Assembly (NCBI GenBank): GCA_977030845.1
Contig: OZ365110.1
Location: 42,656,001-42,720,000, forward strand
DNA: 64,000 bases
Source of the DNA: Fimbriosthenelais zetlandica
Taxonomy: Eukaryota
Direction: 5' to 3'
Positions within the stretch are counted from its first letter, which is position 1. Each line of letters starts with the position of its first letter. Positions 1 through 11,000 of the stretch are shown here, piece by piece. The notes below the pieces were generated by a model, which was not told the origin of the DNA, made no database searches, and saw nothing but the letters and a program-made list of their open reading frames with translations. The translations under genes and the position numbers were made by a program.

Positions 1-3000
1 CAAACAAGTCTTTCGATTGTGAAAATGTCTACCAACCAATGCCAATAGGAAGATTTGAAGAGGCCAAGGATAAAGACCCCCATTCGCAAATCCCATTCTG
101 GAACCTTCCCCTTTCACTTATTCTCATCATTGCAGTTTTTAATATGAGTTTAAATAAATATTCAGGGGTTGTTTCATGATAAATTCAGAAACCTGGATTT
201 TGGTAGAATTGGAAATTCATTGAAGAAACTGGCCTATAATATGAGATTTACCAAGTCTTGTCAGCTTTGTAGTGGGTTGTGTATCATCTATACAGGGTGG
301 CATTGTTTCATATCAGTAAACATATTTCAAGAGGCTCTTGTATAGGTGGGATCTTCAGCCAGTTTGCTTCGGTCTGAGATAGCTATATCCCAACAGAGAA
401 TCACCAACATTCAGTTTGTGTCTGACAAGTAAAACCTCTTCCTCAACCCTTGAGCGACTCACCCCAGTCAAACCGAGGGTCAGAGCCACCCATATCTCTG
501 ACATAACTCATGTTTTATGTTAAGGCTCCCTGCCGAATTCTAAGTTTCATTATCAGCAACCATATATTTCATTGTACCTCTCTCATTCCCCGACTCTGGG
601 GTCTCGAACTTGGCTGGTAAGTCGCAAATGCCTTTCGTTTTCCCCATCCTCTCTCAGCAGCCAATGGGAGGAAATCTTTTGTTTTGAAATGTACTTTATC
701 GTGTGCGCGCGCGCTTTCTCCTCCCACTTGCCAACGATTTGAATATTGATAAGAATGGGTGAGAATATTTACAGGTTTCATATAGGCTGAGGGTGGGCGC
801 CTATTGGAGAGGGAGACTGTAATGTAACTATGGAAGCAATGGTATGCCAAATGAGGCAGCCTCCTTCTTCTTCCCTTTCATCAGCCTCAGATGTAAAACA
901 ACAAAAGGCCAAATTCTGACGACGCTCTTCCTGTTTGATGGCCGCGCGTCTGTCAGAAGAAAAAAAATAAGAGCTCTCATTTCCTGTGGGACTGACAAAA
1001 GGTGTGAAATACCTCAAGATTCATGGTCCTCTATCATTTGGACTCACCCCAACTTGTTTGTCATTAGCTTCACATGGTTTCCAAGCGTCCCCCTCTCTCT
1101 CACTCTCTCTCATTATCGCTCAGTTCCCCTCTATGAGGCCATCTGCCGATGGGGCTGCTGTTCCTCCTTCTCCTCCTCTCCATCCCCTCCCCCCAAAAAA
1201 ATTGTTTCGCACATCAACGCTAATCATTGATATATTTCATTCATAAGAGTTCATTGTTACTCGGTAGGAAGAGATAGGGCGAAGTGATCTCCAGCAAAAT
1301 GAACCTCTCGTTAGACTTTGTGATTGAGATGGGAAAAACTGATCCAGTTTGGCCAGGCCCATCAGCGTGGGGTTAAAATAGGCACCGGTTATGTTCCTAC
1401 AAAACAGATAAATCAGATGAAGATCCTTAGTCAACAGGACATTTCCTCGGCTTCTTTCAGCACATTTCTGCTTACCTAATTTTCTATAGGGAAAATTCGG
1501 CAGGAAGCCAAGCAAACGCCAATGGCGCGAGCACATTTGCAATCCATTCTTGCGATTGCTTGAAAACCATCATTTAATACCGAAATGATTCGCTAAGATG
1601 ATTAGCCCTATTTTCCTATTACACGATTTCTGATACAGGCCCCATGGCTACTATATAATTAATTTCCTTCCAAAACCCAATCCCCGGCTTTCTGATTGCC
1701 CTGATGGGGAGGCGCAGACTGAGGCCTGCTTCAAGTATTATGGCTGAGCATGAAAGTTGATGATAAGTTCATACGATGGCAGGCAAAGTTGCTTTCGAAC
1801 TCCAAAAGACAGATTGGTGGAAATTCCCAAATCCATGTGTGCTGTGGGCAATGATAAATGCCTAAATGAATCTCTGGTAATAGGATTGCTGGAATTTAGG
1901 AAGCGCAGAACTGGCTGGGCGCTGCCAGTAAAGACAAATTTCTCCGACTGAATATAATGGAGTGGGCCCAATTAAGACAAGCATTTTGGTTTGGGGCGGC
2001 GTGCTTTAGCCGGGGGATTATTATTTTTCAGTCGTTACTTTGCCCCGTGATGATGATTGCCACGAGGGGAGATGGCAGTGTGTGTACTGCTAAATGACTA
2101 GCCTCCTCCACGTTTTTTTCTCCTCCCACTTTTCTACAAGTCATCATTTTTCGGCTAAGTTAGATTGGCCTCTATGTATAGGAGCACATTGCAGATTGAT
2201 GGTACAGCTTCTACCTAAAGAAAACTGGCATGCTTACTTTAGAAGCTGCTTCACTTCTGTCTGGATGGAGAGAAGTGGGTGGGTTGGGGTACAGTATACT
2301 ACAGGGGAGGGGGTTGTGAAGGGTTGGACAGGGGGTGAACTGGTAGTGTTCTATAGGACAAGGGGGCTTTACCCCCACCCCCCACCCCCTACCCCCCAGC
2401 CCAGCAGGGTTGGGCATACGTAGTATTGTCCATTCTGTCAACATTGCTATTGACGCGTCAAAATGCTGTGGCTGCTTTTTGGATTTAGTGTCAGTGTACA
2501 TTGTCATCCGAGCTCAAGAGGGAGACTTGAATATTTCAATGTTGATGGATGAGAGTGGGGCGGTAGACAGATACCAGGGACTGGCCTAAATGATCCCGTC
2601 CATGTTCAACACTGGCCCCCCACACAAAAACCCTACCACATGCCTATACAGCTCACCAATCCCACCCCACATCGCCAGAATACCAAGCCTTTTCCTCGCT
2701 TCATATCGCAATGCTCCAACACAGCCTGGGCAGTTTAAAAATATGTTTATCATGATTAATGGTGGTGTTACTGCATGAATGTATTTGGAAAAGTGATTGT
2801 GGAGTTATTTTTTCTTTTCCTGTAATGGCTGTTTTCTCCTTGTAGTCCTGCAGCATTAAGGCCAAAAGTGGCTTATTTTCCATCGAACTGTTTGTATAAT
2901 ACTTGGGAAAAATGTCAAAAGTGTATTGTTAGACACAATCTGTTCATGAATGACCTTACTTAGTTCTTCATTTTCATATACTACTTACAAAATTTATGTG

Positions 3001-5560
3001 CAAAATGGGAGTTTGAGAAATGGTTCACCAGTTATCCCTTAGAGATGCTGATCTAAAAATTCTAAAATTCCAGAGGCAAATATGTATTTTAGTCATGGAG
3101 CAAGTTCAATTTTTTCACTAATCATTCAGAATATAACTGAATACTGTATACATAGACTGAACAAAATGTGGGAAAAGTTGAATCTGTAGATCTATCCCGC
3201 CCCTGTCTCTGCATGCAGAGCTAATAGTTGGAGTCAAAAATCAATTGCCATTCAGTTACATCACCAACTTGTATTCGTGTTTACTCAGTTGAATCATTAC
3301 ACGGTATTAAATATGCAGTGCAAGCCTATGCTTCCAGCATTTTTTATATTCAATCACTACTTAATCTCCTGAACGTGCATGATTAAAAAATTGAATGAGT
3401 TTTTTTAATCGTGTTACACTCTAATTTATATTGATTTTGCATGCTTGGCGGAACCGAGTCATGGCTCGAAATCAAGGCTTCAATAATCAATAATAGTAAA
3501 AAATTGCCGCAGGCCTCAATTTTCAATTTTAGTTTGATTATTGCCAGCCAGCCTGGAGGCCATTTTAATGAGGCCTGCTTGGATGGATACATAGTGAAGC
3601 TCTCGGTTTTAGAAAGGATGGAGTTTTTTTTAAAGTAGGAAGTTAATTATGTCATAACGACTTGCGTGCTTCCAACCATCTTCCCATTTGGAAACCGGGT
3701 GTTGAATCCATAGCCCGAGGCCCAATCTTAATTTGTCATTTTATATAACTAGATCTTATTCAAATTGGCTCCATTCGTCTGTATTGAGAAAACTGAACAT
3801 TTTTAGTGGCCATCTTCAAAATTTAAGTCCTTTAATTTTGGAAGACTGGGCCCACCACCTACTGTTTTAAAGGACTTGAATTAAGAAAAAAAACTTGCGA
3901 ACTTTTGAGGTTGCCCCTTAAAGCATTGGCCTGCCTTCTATTTGACATTGTGTCTTAAAATAGTAGCCTAAAAGTGTACCGTTGTATAATGTATTATCTT
4001 TTTGTACACTCTTGTCTGGTAAGGGGTTGGGGGTGGGGGTTACTTTCCTTAATTAATATATTGAATGGATTCTGATCATGTTTCGCGCCATTGAAACCCT
4101 CTATGCTGGGTTAGACATGCTTAAAGGCCTACGGGACTCAGTAGAGGAATGAGCCCAAGGCTAGAAGCGGATTGTACAGGTGTAAATGGCCCTAACCTTG
4201 TTGGTCTGGACCTAGGGCCCCCAGCCCAGGTGATGGATAGCACTAGAGGTGTCAGTAGAGCTAACCACCTACACATGTTAGTAAGGGATCAGTGTCACTG
4301 CCCCCTCTACCCATGCTCACCCGCTATCCATCACCGCCTCCTAATAGCATATTGTTAGGGATTTAAGGGTAGACACCCGGCCCGGCCCTATTGTGGAGCA
4401 GGGCAGGGAGGGGGAGGAGCGGGAGCAGGAGGAGGGATTTAACTGCTGGTGTAAGCCCATCATGTCATAGATAGCGGGGTCTTGTTATCACAGATTTCCC
4501 TCCTGAATATAAGCTCTTAAGGCTGCTATAGCGCTGGGCATATCGTCCGCTCCAGCGAGCGACATATGCCTCTGTCATACACTATCCCCCTTCCTCAACC
4601 CCTCCCTTCCAGACCAGGCCAGCGTCTGAATGTTAAAGTGTACTCCCACCATTTTTCATTCACGCCCATTTTCTCTGAGATCTACTGCTTCCGTCCATAT
4701 ACGACTTAGCCTTGCCTGATTCAATTACAATTGCCATGTAAGTAAATCCTGTTAACCACTTAAAGCCAGGTTTAAAGGATGCCGGGGATACCTATTGGAT
4801 ACATTAACGGGGCCCATTTCAGTGGGCTTTAGCCATTTTACTACAAGCCTTAAAATACACGCCTTGATATAGTGCGTTGAGGGACTTTCAGCCCGGTCCC
4901 TCTGGGACATTTACATTAGACCGTATAGTGAACGGGTTCACGCCAGCCTCTGTGCCCCTTTTCCCAGTACTACTAGTATTTGGTTGGAAGCCAGGCGCAC
5001 ACTGGTTTGGTCCCCCACAGGCCAATCGGCACGGCTGGCCCCTTACTCCCTGGACACCCCCAGCGGGGATCAGGCTGTTAACAGGCAACAACATGCCACA
5101 GGTAGCCGGCCAGGCTGACCGATGTACGGGGACAGGTGGACACCTTGTAGCAATTAGCTGCCGCTAGGGATAGGCCCCCGGGGAATAATGGTAGTGGTAG
5201 GTGGGTTGGTGGAGTGAGAGAGGGGGACAGCGAGGTAACAATCCAGGGATGGCCTTCTGATGGTGTATATATGTATATAAACTAAAGCCAGTTAGTTAAA
5301 ACTAATGTTGTGTCCTTCTACCATGGGGCAGTGCCCTTTACATTGATGACATATTAATGACCTGTAGATATAGATTTTATTGATTATGTATATTAATATT
5401 GATACTTATTTAGAATATTTCTAAAAAAAAAGTTATTATAGCATTTGGCTAAGTTTATAATCTAAAGTGTCTGTTCAGGATAACCTCAAACCAGATTGAA
5501 TTTCAATGGATTCTATTGTAAAATGTTATTAAACATGATATAATTATATACCTTAATTTC

Positions 5561-5637
5561 TTTTTTTAATTTTCTCTATTTATCCAGGAGGTGTACAATA
5601 GGTAAACCTCCTGAATAAATATAGATTATTAAAAAAA
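5561..5637. repeat. Long imperfect inverted repeat (32 bp arms, 13 nt loop)
   Basis: Arm 5561-5592 matches the reverse complement of 5606-5637 at 28/32 positions. Confidence 0.75.
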
Positions 5638-6196
5638 ATAATTTCCTGATATAAGATATTGCTGTTCAATGATAATGCTCGGGATATAATAGTGGAGTCA
5701 TTTATAATCTGTTAGTGTAACGGGCATTAAGCATGGATGCCACAACCTTTATATATATATATAGTAGACACTCTATGGGTGGTCCACATACCGTAGTGAA
5801 ACACACCCAAGGAGGGAAACATCCTGATCAATCTCCAGCTTGTTGTAGTGTGCCTGACCAGCGGCAGGAGGCGCTGGCTGTGACCTGGTAGGGGGAGAGC
5901 AGCTCGAGCAGGTGATGGTTTAAGTGACCACTTGGTGGTAATTGTCAGGTGGGCGGTCAGGGGGCAGTCTGTAATGGCAGGCAGGGAGCAGGTACTAACG
6001 AGACCACTGATTAGGATCATCCCCGCTCTCTCTCCCAGCCACTTCTTCACACGCTCGTACAGGGAGAGGAGGAGTATAGGGGAAGGACTAGCCTACAGAC
6101 AGTCTCCCATCGGCTTTCTTCTTTCTATATGTTTTGCCTCTTCAATTGCCTTCCCAGATCTATACGCAATCCCACTGCATGTCGCTGCTCAATTCT

Positions 6197-6396
6197 TGAT
6201 CCCTTTCTTACTTTTCACCATATTGATCTTACCCCTGTTCTTTCGTGTCTCACTCATCCCTTTCTTGCTTTTCCCCATGTTGTACTTGCTCTTTTGTGTC
6301 TAACTCCGGTGTTTTTTCTTGCCTTCCCGATGTAGGTATTCCCCTGCTCTTTGGGGCCTGTCTAACTCCTGATCCCTTTCTTACTATTCCCCATGT
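6197..6396. repeat. Degenerate pyrimidine-rich minisatellite, ~55-60 bp unit, ~3.5 copies
   Basis: Recurring blocks (tg)atccctttctt(a/g)ct(t/a)ttc(c/a)ccat and tg(c/t)tcttt..tgtct(a/c)actc. This explains the F/L/P-rich pseudo-ORFs at 5932-6454. Confidence 0.65.
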
Positions 6397-7551
6397 AATT
6401 CGCCATTTTGAAACTTCTTACTTTTCACTTTGCACCTTTCTTGTATTTCCTTAAATTGACCCCTTTCTTGTTTTCATGATTTCCCTCTTGTTGAACTCAC
6501 TACCGCTCTTCCTTCAATTTCTTCCCAATTTTCTTTCTCATCTTTACTTTATCTCATCGTTTATTTATACCTAAATCCCCATAAAAAAATATTCACACCA
6601 GTTTTTACCATTTAGGCCCTTCCGCTCGCATCCATTTTCAACATCCAAAGTTAATTCGCTTCACTCATATACTCTCCATTTTCCCCCATGTCTGAAGCCC
6701 TCCTAAGCTGCCTGAGGACCAAGTTTTATGCTGCTGTCACTTTAGTTCAGTGTGTAGGTCACCCCTCGGCTCGTGTACCCAGCACAGATAGCTTTGTTTG
6801 CTGTTCTTCTATTTATAGCAGGGATGAGCCATGTACCAAGTTCGCCCAGTGTAAAATCCCTAAATCTTCGATTAGTGACAAAATTACTTTTCCTTTTCCA
6901 AGCCTTTTTTATTGATCTCCCATAGGACTTGGAAATAGCTCGCAAACAGTCAATGTTGCAATGCTGAACCCAGTGACCCATGCGTCATTAAAATCGCAAT
7001 CATATCGCTATTTTAAACTAATGAGGAGATTCCATTGAAGTAGTATATGCTCGCTGGATGTTCTTGTTTATAAAAATCCAATAAAAAGTGACATTTTATT
7101 ATAGAAATGATTGTCAGAAGGATGGGACTAGGGGACATTTGATCCAGGCAGGTTTTTAGTGGGGAGGACCAAACCGTTTAACCATTGGAACCCAAGACAT
7201 GGCACCCCTCGGCCATTGACACGCCACCCCGTGTACATCTGTAATCATTTTTACCATGCCATGTGGAATATTCCATATAGCAAGCCATCCATCAGATTTA
7301 AAGCTTACCCATCTCGCTATGCTGCTGCTGCCATCAGTCTGTGGTGTTCTCTATGTATATATATACACCCCAAGGAGCAGCTCTGGAGGGGAGAGAAGGG
7401 GCTGGAGCAGCTGCGAGCAGTTGTGAAGCCGCCCATCAATCTTTCTGCACTGAGCTCATTGACAGGTTATAGAATGACATTGGTGTCCAGACCTTAAACT
7501 GTCTGACATAGGCTGGCGGAAGGGCTATAATACACGGCCATTGGAGATGTA

Positions 7552-8096
7552 TAATCCTGTTTGAGGCTGGGGCTAATCCATGGGTTAGTCCTGTTGACTC
7601 AGAATCGGATAGCAGGGAGTAGGGCTATAGATTCAGGTGTAATCTGGGCGACAAGTCTTGGGGGTCGGAGGGGCCGCCCCGTCTGAGGCGGGCCTCCTCC
7701 ATGGCTCAATCAGCTACCTGTTGCATACCTTTTGCCAGCCGCTGATCCCTGTGGGTTTTTGCTAATCGCGTTAATCCTGCCCGTAATCCCTGGTCTCTGT
7801 GGGTGGATGACGAGCGGTGGAGACGCAGGGTCTGGGAGGAAAGGTTTGTCTTTAAGATGGTCAATACCTTGAGCTTGTAGAGGTCCCAGATCCATCATCA
7901 TAGCCTGTCACACAATCACCATGACAATGTGGCCCTTGTGAACCACGTGACTGGCTTTGTAATCACGTGATGGATGGTCACCTGTGTCCGAACAACTGAC
8001 CAGATGACCTCAGTGCAAGGGGGTGGATAGGGGAGGAGTGGGCGAGGGAGAGGGAAGGGGTATAAGGTCAGTGACAAAGTAGTGACATTGTCACTA
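7552..8096. promoter_or_regulatory. Candidate cis-regulatory module: K50-homeodomain site cluster, E-box cluster and TATA/Inr-like pair
   Basis: TAATCC x4 (7552, 7574, 7772, 7784); five CANNTG in 7944-8006; TATAA at 8061 with tcAct at 8091-8095. Motif-only evidence. Confidence 0.4.
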
Positions 8097-11000
8097 TACA
8101 GCTTTCCTACAGCCTTCAGCTATGATGGCTCGCCCCTTAGCCATACACACTGTAATGATTGCTAGCAACACCTCTATCCGTCATCTCTTTGACAAGTGTG
8201 ACGGCCTTTGGTAAAAACCCTGCCAACACTCTGCCTTTAAATTGTCAAACCTTTATGCAGAGCCCTCGCCATATAGACATCCCCAGACCTGACCCACCTC
8301 TCCCTCTCTCTCGACAAAAGGAACCTCGCGAAAAACAGAGCTGGCTATTTAGTTGTTTTTTCCTCTGTGTCCTCCTTCCCCGGCCCTCGCCACTGCGATA
8401 TTGGACTTCTTTGAGAAAGTTTTCCTCCTGGTAGACTTGATGAATGACTGCTGCCAGCGGTTAGAATTATTGTGATTGTTTTTTCAAAGACAACACGCTG
8501 GCTTCATTCCCAGTCACTTTTCTTTATGTGCAGATTAAAATGACAGCTGACAAATTTTGACTGCGTGGGCTCGTCCTCTGAGTGGTAGCATTCATTAGGG
8601 AAGATAAATGACGCGTTTTGGAAGCAGCCTTGGTCTCACAGGCTTGGTCTCCACAGGAAAAAGAAAAGCCTCAGCCACACAATGGCTTCTCCCCCTACTC
8701 GCAGGCCAGCGGCCATGGACCAGACATCATTTATTGGCGAAATGTAAGCACCCGGGTAACTAAGTGGACGTGATCAAAGATTCTAGATGACCCTTTTCCC
8801 TTAGGCAGGCGCTGACACTAGTTTCTCCCATCAAAGATGGTCTCCGGGGACAGGCTTTGTTTGTACATGATGACTCAGTTGGCAGGACGTAAGGTTAAAC
8901 GGTACCTAACCTTTACAAGGACCGGGTCGGCTTCTGAAAGAAGACTGATGAAGGTATATGGTAGCTCCATAGGGGAGGTATGCTTCACAGGTATTTAGTT
9001 TAAACCCCATTGTTTATGGCTGAGGCGAGTGCTTAGCCAGAAGGCAAGGCAAAATGTCTCCCACATGACCCTAATGGAAACCGTTATCTTAACATCTCCT
9101 GCCAAAATGGCTGCTCCCGTAAACCTTTTTTTTTTGTTTTAAAGAGTAGTTCGCGATAAAAAGCAACAATTTATGTCATGACCAAATTGGACTCGTGAAG
9201 ATTATTTGAAGATTTGACCATTGTTTGAATGGATTAGCTTGAAATGGATTTTGACAATTGTTCTGTTGCATTAATATAATGAAGATTGGCTTCTCTGAAC
9301 AAAATATGATATCATTAATAATGAATCGGACCATAATGGAAATGGAGATCAAACACAACAGTAAATAAGGTTTTATCTGACGAATTAAATAAGACATATA
9401 AACTGCCCTCACGTGTAATATTAAGAGGCCTGCTCACAGTCCTCTGGGTCCACTTTTCTTGCCGTAAATGGCTTCTCGTGCATACTGACCTTTGTGGGTG
9501 GGGATAAGCAATGCTAATCCCCTCACTATGTAATGCTGTGGAGAGATCATCCCCCTTTGTTGCGCACACACCCTACCTGTATGTCCATCCTTCAACCATT
9601 GGCAGCAAGCCACTGTGGCCTTCCTTTAAAAACAGAAGGAAAAAACTTCATTGACCTCTTTCCCCACTGGCCTTCTAACCAGTTCATCTTTCACTAGAAG
9701 TAATTTGAGTACCTTGAGTTTTATATTTCTTTCGCTGTATCTTTCTGACTTTATTTGTTATTAGTGATGTTTGGTCAGAGTGTTTGTATAGTGATATGTA
9801 TAAAGGTGTATAGATTTGATTCAGTCGTTCCTATGGGAATATTGACTCAATATGAAATAGTTGTCACCTGATAAGTCTGATCCCGGAGCCCACCAATGCC
9901 AAATCCCTCCTCATATGTCACTTTCATGTCTTACCTATAGCTACTTGAACTGCACAAAGTGCACTCTCGGAGGTTTTACACTTCTAAAGGTTTTTCTTCA
10001 CCTTCGCCAAAAATAGTTATTTAACGAGTGGAATCAAAAGCAGGTGCTCAATCGATATTCTATCAATAGGTGCAGTCCCGGAGGAAATCTCAAGGAAGCT
10101 TTACCTGTTTTCTGTGTTTGCAGTTTGCAGGGAGTGGGGCTCTGAAGTGAAGGTCATATTTTGTCACCTGCTTTCATATTTCAGGTGTTTCTACAAGCAG
10201 CCTTTGGCTAGATTCATTTTCCATCACTCCCATGACGGGCCGCTCTCCAAGGACCTCAAGGCCATTGCTTAGAAAGTCCATTGGGTTGTAGGGTTGGTCA
10301 GTATTAATCGGTATGGAGCGATGTTATGGCAGTATGGATTAAATTTCATGAGATTAATGCCATGATAGCGTTAAGAAAGCAGTGATTCTACTCTCTACAT
10401 CCCATTCCCAGCTGAATTATTTTCATTTATGCCAATATATTGCTTTGAGTGGGTTAAACCAGTACTCCACTTGTGCGATTTTGCTTGCGACACTACTGCG
10501 ACAAATGTCATTCATCGCAATGAACAATGTAGGCCTACCAGTGGCGGACGGCCATAGGGCATTGGAAACTTTGACCAAAATGTAACAATTTTATTGCGAC
10601 ACTAGCAATAGAGTACACCTTTTATTGGCTAAACGGTTCTATAGTTCCACTGACAGTAATTTTTAATGAAGATAATATCAATTTATATTGAAAGATCGAT
10701 GGAAATATGATGCAGTTTGGTCTTCCCAGTTTGAAGACACTGATTGAACAAATGATGGACACATTCCCATTTTGCCACTGAAGAGGGAAAGGAATTATTA
10801 GAGGAAGAAATCCTTTGACCTCCGGGTCCTCACCCTAGCCCCCACAGTCAGCATTTCTAATGGATCCATTTATAAAGCGATGCGATTTTTGGAAAGAGTT
10901 TGGTTCTTGACAGAAAGATCAAAGGCAGCTGGTAATAGAACATTCAGGCTGTTTGGTCCGAAAGGCTTACTTCAGTGCACGAGTAGGGGAGGCATTGAGA

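Noticed and set aside
5339-5356. YIDDIL, resembling the RT catalytic motif
   Set aside because: Isolated, with no upstream RT motifs at the proper spacing and a stop seven codons after the motif.
5932-6454. Hydrophobic membrane-like ORFs
   Set aside because: Artefact of translating the pyrimidine-rich minisatellite.
5804-7425. Shared short words between ~5804-5915 and ~7375-7425 (cacccaaggag, gagcagct(g)cgagcag)
   Set aside because: Too short and discontinuous to call a duplication.
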